DNA of 64,000 bases, from positions 138,605 to 202,604 of the forward strand of contig JAPPHA010000116.1 of NCBI GenBank assembly GCA_028874915.1, in the 5' to 3' direction. The translations under genes were made by a program, and so were the position numbers. Of this stretch, positions 27,532 to 36,981 are shown one piece after another. The notes beneath the pieces were generated by a model. That model made no database searches. It was not told where the DNA came from and saw only the letters and a program-made list of their open reading frames with translations. The number at the start of each line of letters is the position of its first letter. Positions within the stretch are counted from its first letter, which is position 1. This DNA comes from Paracoccaceae bacterium (GTDB lineage Bacteria > Pseudomonadota > Alphaproteobacteria > Rhodobacterales > Rhodobacteraceae).

Positions 27532-28626
27532 ATGAAGACTTACAGAACCGTGTTATTGCGTTCGGCTTCCGCTTTGGCGGTCGGTGCATTCGCGATTCTT
27601 AACGCCACGGGCGTCGTCGCCGAAGATCGGTGTGACGATCCTCGGGTTGCAATGGCAATCGAGGAGGGTGAACTGATCGTCGTCGCGAGCGTCTTCGAGA
27701 CACCCGAAACGCAAAACGCGCATCGCGAGGGATTCTTAAGCTATTGGTGCCTGCCCGACGATTTCAAGGTGTCCTATGACATCAGAAACACGTCTGGGAC
27801 AATTGCTCGAATCGAGGCGGAAGTGAGCCAGGGCGTTCCGATTTCAGGAGACGTGACGACGATGCCAGCGATCACATGGCTGACCGATGCGGTCGAGCGT
27901 GGTCTGATCATGGCATACGAGTCACCCGAATACGAACACATGAAACTGCCGGAGAGGATCGGCCTGAACAACCGGCCGTACTGGACGTCGGACATGTACA
28001 TGATGTTCCCGATGTGGAACGGCAACGAGTTGCCCGATCTGGAGATCACGAGTTGGCATGACCTGCTGAAGCCGGAATTGAAGGGCAAGATGAGCCTGAT
28101 GGACGGTTCGACCCTGCAATCGGTCGCCCTTGTGTACCACTACCTGAAGCAGAGGCTGCCGGAGGACTACTGGGAGAAGCTGGCGGCGCAGGACGTGCTG
28201 ATCTCGTCGACGTCCATGCACGGCGTTGAGATGATGATGTCGGGCGAAAGGCCGCTGTCAATTCTCGGAGTCTCGGCCGACGCCAACGTGCTCTCTGACC
28301 AGGGCGCGACCCACATCCGGACGGCGATCCCCAAGGAAGGAGTCATGCTTCAGGAGCAGGCGACGGCAGCCTTCGCCGATGCACCCCATCCGAATGCCGC
28401 TCAGCTGTGGATCGATTTCCTCAGGAGTCATCCCGGGCAGCAGATCTTCGAGAAGTTCGAAGGACGAATTCCGGGCAGGGAAGGCGTACCCAGCAGTTTC
28501 GCTCTGACGCCAAACGCCGACGACATCGGCGACGCGGCTTTCGCTCCCGATTATCGGGAGATTGCTACGAACACCGACCTTGTGCGGACGGCTCAGGAAG
28601 AATTTGCAGCGATCTTTGCGAAGTGA
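27532..28626 (+). CDS. ABC transporter substrate-binding protein (Fe3+/polyamine/phosphonate-type, family 1-like)
   Basis: ORF track 27508..28626. ATG at 27532 is preceded by GAGGAGGG. It has a signal peptide MKTYRTVLLRSASALAVGAFAILNATGVVA. The substrate is not inferable from sequence alone. Confidence 0.8.
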   Translation: MKTYRTVLLRSASALAVGAFAILNATGVVAEDRCDDPRVAMAIEEGELIVVASVFETPETQNAHREGFLSYWCLPDDFKVSYDIRNTSGTIARIEAEVSQGVPISGDVTTMPAITWLTDAVERGLIMAYESPEYEHMKLPERIGLNNRPYWTSDMYMMFPMWNGNELPDLEITSWHDLLKPELKGKMSLMDGSTLQSVALVYHYLKQRLPEDYWEKLAAQDVLISSTSMHGVEMMMSGERPLSILGVSADANVLSDQGATHIRTAIPKEGVMLQEQATAAFADAPHPNAAQLWIDFLRSHPGQQIFEKFEGRIPGREGVPSSFALTPNADDIGDAAFAPDYREIATNTDLVRTAQEEFAAIFAK

Positions 28627-28782
28627 CGCGCAAGTGGATCTCGCGTTTCGCCTGACCCCCCCCGGTCGGCATTCTTCGGAAGAGGTGGAACGCGACGTGA
28701 ATCCGGAATGCGGGGCGGCGCCCTGGTCGCCGCCCCTTTACAATGTCTTGTCGAGGCAACGGCCGACTCCCGGGAGGACCAG

Positions 28783-29889
28783 GTGACGGCATACGTGGAG
28801 GTACGGGGACTCCGCAAGAGATTCGACGAAACCTGGGCCGTCGATGACGTGAACTTCGAAGTCGAGAAGGGCAATCTTCTCGTACTTCTTGGACCCAGTG
28901 GATGCGGCAAGACCACCACGCTGCGATGTGTCGGCGGACTGGAACAGCCGGAATCGGGTGAGATCGTCATCGACGGCGAGGTCATGACCAAAGTGGACGA
29001 GGGGCTGTTCGTTCCGCCCAATGCGCGCGGAATGGGTATGGTGGCCCAGTCCTATGCCATCTGGCCGCATATGAGCGTCCACGAGAACGTGGCGTTTCCT
29101 CTACGAATGAGGAAGGAAAACAGTTCCGAGATCTCGCGCCGCGTCCGGGACGCACTGGATGTCGTCAGGCTCGGTGACTTCGGTAGCCGGAACGCGACGG
29201 ACCTGTCGGGGGGACAGCAGCAGCGGGTCGCCCTTGCGCGCGCGATCGTCGGCAATCCCAAGGTCCTGCTGTTTGACGAGCCTCTCAGCAACCTCGACGC
29301 GAAACTTCGCGAGGAGATGCGCTATCTGTTGAAGGACATCCAGCGCGGCATCGGGACTACCGCGATCTATGTGACGCACGATCAGGCGGAGGCGATGGCC
29401 CTTGGTGACGAATTGCTCGTCATGAACGCCGGCAGGATCGAGCAGCGTGGCGATGCACGTTCCCTCTACAGCGAGCCGAAAACGCGGTTCGTGGCCGACT
29501 TCATAGGAGTCGCGAATCTCCTGAAGGGCAGGATCGAGAGCGGCAGGCCGACCGAATCGCGCTTGATCGAGGTTCGACTGGATGGCAAAGACGGCGACTC
29601 CTGCGTTCTCCACGTCTCCAGCGTCACAGAGACGCTGAGCGGCGATGTGACTGTGGTGGTGAGGCCAGAGTGGATGAGGGTGCACAGGACGAAACCGGAA
29701 TCGGAGGAAAACCTGATCGGTGGCAGGGTCCACAAGAGTCAGTATCTGGGCGACCGGACGGAGATGCTCGTCGACACCGGATTCGCGCGGATGCGGGTGT
29801 GGGTGGACGGTGACCAGGCTGTCGAGGATGGTTCAGCGGTCCACCTCGAGATCGACAACGAAAGATGCGTTGCGCTGCCGGTTGGTTGA
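28783..29889 (+). CDS. ABC transporter ATP-binding protein (PotA/FbpC/MalK-like, with C-terminal regulatory domain)
   Basis: This is the real part of ORF track 28708..29889. GTG at 28783 follows GGGAGGA. It has Walker A GPSGCGKTT, signature LSGGQQQR and Walker B LLFDEPLSNLD. Confidence 0.9.
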   Translation: MTAYVEVRGLRKRFDETWAVDDVNFEVEKGNLLVLLGPSGCGKTTTLRCVGGLEQPESGEIVIDGEVMTKVDEGLFVPPNARGMGMVAQSYAIWPHMSVHENVAFPLRMRKENSSEISRRVRDALDVVRLGDFGSRNATDLSGGQQQRVALARAIVGNPKVLLFDEPLSNLDAKLREEMRYLLKDIQRGIGTTAIYVTHDQAEAMALGDELLVMNAGRIEQRGDARSLYSEPKTRFVADFIGVANLLKGRIESGRPTESRLIEVRLDGKDGDSCVLHVSSVTETLSGDVTVVVRPEWMRVHRTKPESEENLIGGRVHKSQYLGDRTEMLVDTGFARMRVWVDGDQAVEDGSAVHLEIDNERCVALPVG

Positions 29890-30211
29890 TGCCGGTCGTC
29901 ACTGAATCGGCCGAGGGTCCGAACATGCCCGGCCTCTTCCCTCGACCAGCCGGGCCCGTCATCATCGACGCTCCCGAACCGACTGCGACAGCCTCCTGTC
30001 AGACTGGGCGACAATCACTCGAACCCTCTGGGTCGGCAAGGGGCTTGCCGAAAAGCGGTATGCGCAAATCTCGCGAGATCTACCGGACGACAGCATGGCT
30101 AATCGGCTGTCATCACGTGGGCGGCCGTTTGGCGGAATTCGACCGTCCCATCCGCGCCGTGCCCCGAACGTGCCGTTTTCTTCCGCTCCGCCGTGCGGTG
30201 AGACAGGTCGC

Positions 30212-31909
30212 ATGACGGGATCTGCCGCCTTGCGCACGGCCAGGAGGCTGATCAGGGGCGAGCTCCGGATGGACAGGTTGGCCTTTTGGGCCGCCGCGGC
30301 CTTGATTTCGCTCGCGATCGTGTATCCGGCCTCGATGTCCGTGTACGCCGCCTTCACCGAGTCAGGCGTGTTCAGCCTTGGCGGATTCGCGAGAATCCTG
30401 GAGCATCCCACCGTCGGACGGGAAATCGTCACGACGATTCTGTTCGCGACAGGCGCGACCTTCGGCGCAGCGGTGATCGGAGTCCCGCTGGCATGGGTCA
30501 ATGCGCGCACCGATGTTCCCGGGCGCCGCCTGCTTGAAATCCTGTGCGTCGTACCGTTGTTCATTTCGGCATTCGTGGGGGCCATGGCCTGGCGGCTTCT
30601 TCTCGTGCCCAGGGCCGGAATGTTCACCCGCCTCATGACTGACTGGGGATGGCCGCCGGAGTTGCTGCCGGATGTCTACTCCCTGACGTCGATGATCGTC
30701 ATCCAGTCGATCTTCTACTCTCCGTTCATGTATCTGTACGCAGTCGCTTCGCTCAGGCAGATGGACCCAAGCCTGGAGGAAATCGCGCGCATCCACGGGG
30801 CCGGCAACTGGCAGGTGCTCCGGCGCGTGACGCTGGCCGTCAACGGACCGGCGCTGCTCTCCGGAATGGTGCTGGTGTTCGTGTTCACAGTGGGCACTCT
30901 GGAAATTCCCATGGCCCTCGGAGTTGCCGGCGGGAACTACGTTCTGGCGACGCGCATATGGTCACTGATGAGCGACTATCCGCAGGATGTGACCATGGCG
31001 GCATCACTGGGGATTCTCGCGATCCTGATTGCCGGCACCGGAATCTGGATACAGCGGAGACTGCTGGGCGAGCGCCAGTTCACCACGGTCACCGGAAAGG
31101 GATATCGTGCCAGCCGCATCCGGCTCGGAAAGTGGCGTTGGGTCGCGTTCGGGCTGGTTGTATCCTACGTCACGATCGCCGTGATCGCGCCTCTTCTCGT
31201 GCTGGTTCTGGTCGGCCTCCAGAAGTACTGGGCGGGTTCGTTCCAGACCGACCTGTTCACGCTGGACAACTTTCGAAGCGTCCTCTTCGAATACGATGTC
31301 ACGAGACGCGCGATCGCCAATTCCCTGTTGGCGTGTTCGGTTGCCGCCACCGTCGCGGTGCTTCTGTCGGCAGTACTGTCGCAGATGAAATCGAGAAGTG
31401 GCGAGTCCGTCATGGGACTGCTGTGCCTACTACCGATCGCAATCCCGGGGGCGATCTTTGGGATGATGGTTCTCTTCGCGTTCGTGAGGACGCCGATCTA
31501 CAACACGCTCGGAATCATCATCTTCGCCTACGTCATCGGCTACTTCTACCTCTCCTACCGGACGATCTATTCGGTCCGAATGTCGATCCACGACGAACTC
31601 GAGCAGTCCGCCCGTATCCACGGAGCGACCTGGTGGCAATCGACCCGGAGGATCCTGCTTCCGCTCCTGAAGCCGGGCGTGTTCTCCGCCTGGTTGATGA
31701 TGTTCGTGGTGTTGGTCAGGGAGTTCTCGTCGGTCATGTTCCTTTACCGCAACGGAACCGAGGTCATGTCAGTCGTCTTCTTCCTGCTGATGGAGCGTCA
31801 TTCGGCGAGACTTGCGGCGTTCATGGTCATCCAGACCGTCATCCTGCTGGTCGTGATGGCGATATTCCAGAGGATCAGCTACCGGAACTCCGACACCATT
31901 GCCGTCTGA
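30212..31909 (+). CDS. ABC transporter permease, fused two-module (FbpB/AfuB-like)
   Basis: ORF track 30095..31909, about 12 TM segments and two EAA-type loops (IARIHGAGNWQVLRRVTL and SARIHGATWWQSTRRILLPLL). The start is uncertain: 30095, 30212 or 30269. I chose 30212 for a typical 565-aa length. Confidence 0.85.
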   Translation: MTGSAALRTARRLIRGELRMDRLAFWAAAALISLAIVYPASMSVYAAFTESGVFSLGGFARILEHPTVGREIVTTILFATGATFGAAVIGVPLAWVNARTDVPGRRLLEILCVVPLFISAFVGAMAWRLLLVPRAGMFTRLMTDWGWPPELLPDVYSLTSMIVIQSIFYSPFMYLYAVASLRQMDPSLEEIARIHGAGNWQVLRRVTLAVNGPALLSGMVLVFVFTVGTLEIPMALGVAGGNYVLATRIWSLMSDYPQDVTMAASLGILAILIAGTGIWIQRRLLGERQFTTVTGKGYRASRIRLGKWRWVAFGLVVSYVTIAVIAPLLVLVLVGLQKYWAGSFQTDLFTLDNFRSVLFEYDVTRRAIANSLLACSVAATVAVLLSAVLSQMKSRSGESVMGLLCLLPIAIPGAIFGMMVLFAFVRTPIYNTLGIIIFAYVIGYFYLSYRTIYSVRMSIHDELEQSARIHGATWWQSTRRILLPLLKPGVFSAWLMMFVVLVREFSSVMFLYRNGTEVMSVVFFLLMERHSARLAAFMVIQTVILLVVMAIFQRISYRNSDTIAV

Positions 31910-31948
31910 CAGGTGCCTCCGCCGGGGCGACCGCGCGAACCGCCCCTT

Positions 31949-32377
31949 TCAGCCGACACGGAGTCTCTCGGTCTCGATGATGGCCTCGACGGTGATCTCC
32001 ACCCTGGCCTTGGGGACGCCAAGTCCGGCCACCTGAATGAGCGTACTTGCGGGCCGGTTGTTCCGAAAGTACTTGAAGCGCTCGTCGGACGCTTCGTAAT
32101 ACTCCGCAAGATCGAGCACGTAGGTCGTCGACGTAACGACGTCGTCGAATGTGGCTCCGACATGACCGAGCCCAATCCCAATGTTCTCGCAAGTCTGGCG
32201 CAGCTGCTCGCGCATCGTCTTTGCGACAACGTCGCCGTTCGGCAGCCGCGGTGTCTGGCCGGAAAGATAGACATGCGTGTGCGTCTCGTCGCTGACCACG
32301 ATGATCGGAGTGTACAAAAGTTCCCCGTTTTCGACGCGTGCCCACATGTCATCCGGGTTCAAGAACAGTCTCTTCAC
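31949..32377 (-). CDS. RidA/YjgF/UK114 family protein (single domain)
   Basis: ORF track 31949..32377, 142 aa. VYLSGQTP...MREQLRQTCENIGIGLGHVGATFDDVVTSTTYV...RPASTLIQVAGLG...RVEITVEAI matches the RidA fold pattern. Confidence 0.85.
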   Translation of the reverse strand: MKRLFLNPDDMWARVENGELLYTPIIVVSDETHTHVYLSGQTPRLPNGDVVAKTMREQLRQTCENIGIGLGHVGATFDDVVTSTTYVLDLAEYYEASDERFKYFRNNRPASTLIQVAGLGVPKARVEITVEAIIETERLRVG

Positions 32378-32486
32378 TATCGGTCTCCTCCTCAGTTTCT
32401 CGGTTCCCGGTCAGACCCGGTTCACGAATTCGCCGGCTGCACCTGCGTGCCGGTCGGTATCGTCGGTTCGGTTCGCTTGCCGGATC

Positions 32487-33776
32487 TCAACCTTCGATCA
32501 CGGCGGTCAGGTCATACAGGATCCGGCATCCCGGCACGAGGACAGGGCCGTCAGTGCGAAGGTTGGTGGTCGGTGGCAGCCGGTCGCCGAGCTCGGCCCG
32601 CCACGGCTCTTCCGCCTCCTGGAGATCATTGTAGTCGACATAAACGGCGCGACGTTTCACCAGATTGCGGACACTTGTCCCGGCGGCACGGCAAATCGCC
32701 TCGACATTCCTGAGAATGTATCGGGATTGAAGGCCGATGCCCGACGTGTGGAACGGAAATTCCGGATCCGGTCGCGCCTCGATGGCAAGACCTGCGCGGT
32801 AGTCAGTGGCCATCTGCGCGGAAAGGAACAGGTAGGGTCCTGCCCTTACCGCCTGCGGTTCCGCGCCCAGGGGTGATGGCGCATCGTCCGTCGAGATAAT
32901 TTCCTTTCTGTAGGGGCCCCTGGGGTCGATCGCCACCAGTTCGATCTCCACAACCGTGTGCGGGACAGCCAAACGAGACTGAACGACGAACCGGGCCGGC
33001 GGATCGACCGGAAAGTGCTCTTGCCAGACCTCGTCGAACACGGCGAAGTCGGACATGCGCTCGAGATAGATCTCGGCGCGCACGACGTTGTCGAAACTGC
33101 ACCCCGCGTCATCGAGAAGTTTCCTCAGGTACTCGAGCACGTATCTCGTCTGGAATCGCACGGGGTTGTGCCGGTACGGAAGTTCGGGGTGCGGGACGAT
33201 CTCGTCGATCGGGCCGCGCGGCCCGGTGGATGTGGTTCCGCGCGTGAAAACGAAACCGCCACCCCGAACGGCCTGCGAATACACTGACCAACCGATCGCG
33301 GCGACCTGGCCGATGGCCTGGACGCTCCTGATCGGTACCAGTTCGCGGTCCAAATCCGCGTCCGAGGCGAGCACTGTCATGTCGAGACTCACGGTCGCCC
33401 CGTGCACCGGGAGTTCGGGAATGATCAGAAGGCTGCTCGGTGGGGCGGCATCTGCATCGAACCACTCCTTTCGAACCCGCAGCGCCATGTCGACCTCTCT
33501 CGGATCCGTGTGGTACGAGTTGATCTTGAGGCATCTCGGCAGCGAGGCACCCATTCGCTGCAGGGTCGTGTCCAGGTTCGCGTAGACGTACGACAGTTGC
33601 CGGTGAACGCTGGATCCGTGCCAATAGTAGTTGGGCAGAAGCTTGGCCTCGGCGGGAATGCCCAGTGTCGGATGAACCGCCATCTGTCCCCCGGTGAAGA
33701 CAAGGTCCCCTGCGCGCGCCGCAATCGGTGGCGTTCCGGGAGGCCCGTCCGGATGATGCTGGTACTCGATCTTCAT
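32487..33776 (-). CDS. triple-domain RidA/YjgF-family protein (three tandem RidA-like domains in one chain)
   Basis: ORF track 32487..33776, 429 aa. There are three consecutive segments of about 130-140 aa. Each has the RidA pattern: (A/V)RAGxxxFxxGQ-like start, a helix with NL/YL..L...G, xxxVYL/YH and a final VEIE/LD..V. They are roughly aa 1-140, 150-290 and 300-429. Confidence 0.8.
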   Translation of the reverse strand: MKIEYQHHPDGPPGTPPIAARAGDLVFTGGQMAVHPTLGIPAEAKLLPNYYWHGSSVHRQLSYVYANLDTTLQRMGASLPRCLKINSYHTDPREVDMALRVRKEWFDADAAPPSSLLIIPELPVHGATVSLDMTVLASDADLDRELVPIRSVQAIGQVAAIGWSVYSQAVRGGGFVFTRGTTSTGPRGPIDEIVPHPELPYRHNPVRFQTRYVLEYLRKLLDDAGCSFDNVVRAEIYLERMSDFAVFDEVWQEHFPVDPPARFVVQSRLAVPHTVVEIELVAIDPRGPYRKEIISTDDAPSPLGAEPQAVRAGPYLFLSAQMATDYRAGLAIEARPDPEFPFHTSGIGLQSRYILRNVEAICRAAGTSVRNLVKRRAVYVDYNDLQEAEEPWRAELGDRLPPTTNLRTDGPVLVPGCRILYDLTAVIEG

Positions 33777-33898
33777 GTGCGGCGATCCTTCCCTGGCAAC
33801 AGATGCTCAACGAACGATTCGGTTCGTGGGTGGCGATTTCGACCGGTCAGGGCGAACGCGACGCAATGTTTCCTGGATTTTGCCTGGCACCTGCCGGA

Positions 33899-35416
33899 TC
33901 ATCCCGTCCCTTCCCGCGTTCCGCCAGCCCTGCGTCGCCGCCACTCGAGAACCGCGAACGCGATCAGGACCAGCACCGTCAGCGACAGTATGGCGGCCGT
34001 GATCGGCCTCTCGAAGAAGGCCAGAATGCTTCCATCCGACTGCACGAGCCCTCGGCGCAGCGACTCCTCCAGGATCTTCGCAAGAACAAAAGACAGCAGC
34101 ATCGGCGCGATCGCGATGTCGAGCTTGCGCAAGACGTAGCCGATTATTCCGAACGCGAGCATCACCGCGAGGTCGAAACTGCTCGATTTCACCGAGTACG
34201 TACCGACCACGCAGAACGCGACCACGATAGAGTAGAGCAGCGGCCGCGGGATGGTCATGATCCGAATCCACCAGCGCATCGTCAGACGCCCGAACACATA
34301 GAGGGCAACGGTTGCGAACAGGACGGACATGAACAACCCGAAGATCACGTCGCGGTGTTCGGAAATCAGAAACGGGCCCGGCTGCAGGCCCTGGGCTATG
34401 AGCGCGCTCATCAGGATCGCCGTGACGATGTCACCCGGAATACCGAACACGAGCATCGGGATCATGGCGGCGGCGCACACCGCGTTGTTGGCCGCCTCGG
34501 GAGCCACAACGCCCTCGTAGGCGCCCCTGCCGAATTTCTCGGGTTCCTTTGAGGCCCGTTTCGCCAAGCCGTAGGCGACCCAGGGCGAGGTCTCCGATCC
34601 GATTCCCGGAAGGGCGCCGATGAAGGTTCCGACCAGCGAGGAGCGAACGATCGTCCACAGGTGCTTCACAACGGACCTGAACTGCATCCCGGCACCGGCC
34701 AGATGGAGATTGACCGAACTCGAAACGCTCATCCGGCTTCTCCCGAACGATTCCATCTGGATGAGCACTTCGGTGATGCCGAAGAGTCCGGTCACCAGGG
34801 CGATGACGTTCAATCCGCCCGCAAGTTCGCGCAGGCCGAACGTGAGCCTTGGTGTGCCTCCGATCGGGTCCGTGCCGATCAACGCGAAGAACACGCCCAT
34901 TGAGGCGGCGAGGACGCCCTTCGCGAGGGAACGGCCGGAGACATAACAGATCATGGTCAGCGAGAAGAGCACCAGCGCGAAGAACTCGTGCGGGCCGAAC
35001 TGGATCGCGATCAGCGCCAGCGCCGGCGCGCCGAAAATCAATGCAACCGTTCCAAAGGCATCCCCGATCAGAGAGGCGTTCAGCGCCCCCATGATGGCGG
35101 AGCCCGCCTTGCCCTGTTTCCGCATCTCGTAACCGTCAAGAAGGGTCGCCGCGTTGGCCGCGGTCCCTGGGGTTCCGATCAGTATTGCGGAAATCGATCC
35201 GCCGAACGTGCCTCCCTTGAACAGGCCGATGAGGAACGGGATACCAATCAACGGCCCGACGAAGAACGTGAACGGTGAAAGAAGCGCCATTCCCATCGTC
35301 GCGCTCAACCCCGGGATGGCGCCAATCATGAGGCCGGCGACCGTGCCGGCCGAAATCGCCGCGATTGTCTTCCAGTTGAATACGACGAAAGCGGCGGCGA
35401 GCAGATCCTCGAACAT
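33899..35416 (-). CDS. tctA: tripartite tricarboxylate transporter, large permease TctA family
   Basis: ORF track 33899..35416, 505 aa, polytopic. MFEDLLAAAFVVFNWKTIAAISAGTVAGLMIGAIPGLSATMGMALLSPF is a typical TctA N-terminus. Confidence 0.9.
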   Translation of the reverse strand: MFEDLLAAAFVVFNWKTIAAISAGTVAGLMIGAIPGLSATMGMALLSPFTFFVGPLIGIPFLIGLFKGGTFGGSISAILIGTPGTAANAATLLDGYEMRKQGKAGSAIMGALNASLIGDAFGTVALIFGAPALALIAIQFGPHEFFALVLFSLTMICYVSGRSLAKGVLAASMGVFFALIGTDPIGGTPRLTFGLRELAGGLNVIALVTGLFGITEVLIQMESFGRSRMSVSSSVNLHLAGAGMQFRSVVKHLWTIVRSSLVGTFIGALPGIGSETSPWVAYGLAKRASKEPEKFGRGAYEGVVAPEAANNAVCAAAMIPMLVFGIPGDIVTAILMSALIAQGLQPGPFLISEHRDVIFGLFMSVLFATVALYVFGRLTMRWWIRIMTIPRPLLYSIVVAFCVVGTYSVKSSSFDLAVMLAFGIIGYVLRKLDIAIAPMLLSFVLAKILEESLRRGLVQSDGSILAFFERPITAAILSLTVLVLIAFAVLEWRRRRAGGTREGTG

Positions 35417-35432
35417 CGACCTCGGTCCGTTG

Positions 35433-35909
35433 CTAGAGCAGGAGCCCTTCGGGCAGGCCTACGTGAAGGCCGAACCGAAACACCAGTCTCAGCGCAACCG
35501 CGACACCGATTGCGACCGGAACGACGATTGCCAGATTTCGGTATCCCCCGACGAAACTTGCGACTGTTACGAACACGACCGTGGACACGACGAACCCGAA
35601 GCTGACCACCGAGAGCAGGTAGATCAGGATCCCGGCAAGACCCGCGCCCGCGCGGAGGTAGGCGCCGGAATCAGTCTCGACCGCCGGCAAGGCGCCGGAG
35701 CGGAGCGGGATCGTCGCCAGCACGAGCAGTGCTGCAGACGCCAGCAGCAACGACGCTAGGCGTGGGAAAAAGACCGGCTCGAGCGCGACGTCTGTGGTGC
35801 CAGGAATCGAGAACGCCCAGCCCCGAACCAGGCTTGGCGCCGTGAAGAAGAGGAGCACGCCCACCGCAAGTACAATTGCGGCGAGCGCGCCCTCAAGCTT
35901 CCATCTCAA
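35433..35909 (-). CDS. tctB: tripartite tricarboxylate transporter, small subunit TctB family
   Basis: ORF track 35433..35909, 158 aa with 4 TM segments, positioned between the TctC and TctA genes. Confidence 0.8.
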   Translation of the reverse strand: MRWKLEGALAAIVLAVGVLLFFTAPSLVRGWAFSIPGTTDVALEPVFFPRLASLLLASAALLVLATIPLRSGALPAVETDSGAYLRAGAGLAGILIYLLSVVSFGFVVSTVVFVTVASFVGGYRNLAIVVPVAIGVAVALRLVFRFGLHVGLPEGLLL

Positions 35910-35937
35910 GAAATTGTCACGGTCCGGATGTGATTGT

Positions 35938-36912
35938 TCAGCCGCCCAAGGCCGCCTTCAGCAATTCGGAGGCGTTCTCCCAGTCCTTGCGCCACGAAGC
36001 CTCGAACTCGTCTACGATGAACGTGTTCGGGTCTTGCAGGGTCAGTTCGAATGCCTTGAGCAAAGCGGGGTCCTGCTTGATCTGTCGCATGGCCTCCTGC
36101 AGCCTGCCCACCTTGTCGTCAGAAAGGCCGGGTGGAGCGTAGATCGCGACCGATGATCCTGCGATCACGTCGTACCCCAGTTCCTGCATGGTCGGCACAT
36201 CCGGAAACTGCGGCAGGCGCGACGCTGCGGCCACGGCCAGCGGACGCAGTGTGCCATCCTTCACGTAACCCTCGATCTCACCTGCGTCGTCGAACAGCAG
36301 TTCGCCTTCGCCCGCGATGATCGCCCTCATCTTCGGACCTCCGCCACCATGCGGGTTCCATTTGAACTTCGTGGGCGAGACTCCCGCCTGCTTGAGCAGA
36401 AGCAGCCACCCGTAGTGGTCCGACGTCGCGATGTCGGAGATCTCGATCGCGATCGGGTCACTCGCGGCCATCGCCGCCCCGACGAATGATTCCAGGCTGT
36501 CATACGCGGATGTGGCCCGTGTCGTCATGATCCACGGCACGAAGGAGACCTGCGCGATTGGTGTGAAATCGTCGGCATCGAGGTCCAGTCCCTGTGCGAT
36601 CGGGGCGATGATCGCACCGCCATTGTCGCAGATCGCCAACTCGTAGCCGTTGGGTTCTGCTTCCTTGATGTACTGCATTGCGACCGTTCCGGATCCACCG
36701 GTCCGGTACTGCGGAAGCAGCGACTGCCCGAGATACTTCGAGGCAACGCGTTCGACCATTCGCAGATTGCGGTCGACGCCACCGCCGGCGGGATAACACG
36801 CCGCGACACTGATCGGCCGGTCGGGATATCCGTCCTGCGCGATCGCGGGCGCAGTGCTTACGAGTGTCGCGGCCAGAGCAGCGGACACACCAATTGTCAC
36901 AAGTTTTCTCAT
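35938..36912 (-). CDS. tctC: tripartite tricarboxylate transporter substrate-binding protein (TctC/Bug family)
   Basis: ORF track 35938..36939. ATG at 36912 follows GGAGGGA. It has a signal peptide MRKLVTIGVSAALAATLVSTAPAIA, then QDGYPDRPISV..PAGGG.D, a Bug-family hallmark. Confidence 0.9.
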   Translation of the reverse strand: MRKLVTIGVSAALAATLVSTAPAIAQDGYPDRPISVAACYPAGGGVDRNLRMVERVASKYLGQSLLPQYRTGGSGTVAMQYIKEAEPNGYELAICDNGGAIIAPIAQGLDLDADDFTPIAQVSFVPWIMTTRATSAYDSLESFVGAAMAASDPIAIEISDIATSDHYGWLLLLKQAGVSPTKFKWNPHGGGGPKMRAIIAGEGELLFDDAGEIEGYVKDGTLRPLAVAAASRLPQFPDVPTMQELGYDVIAGSSVAIYAPPGLSDDKVGRLQEAMRQIKQDPALLKAFELTLQDPNTFIVDEFEASWRKDWENASELLKAALGG

Positions 36913-36981
36913 TGATCCTCCCTCCAAGTGCGTTCTCATTCTCTCTTGGAAAATTCAAACGTCATCGAATTTAGCCTGACT

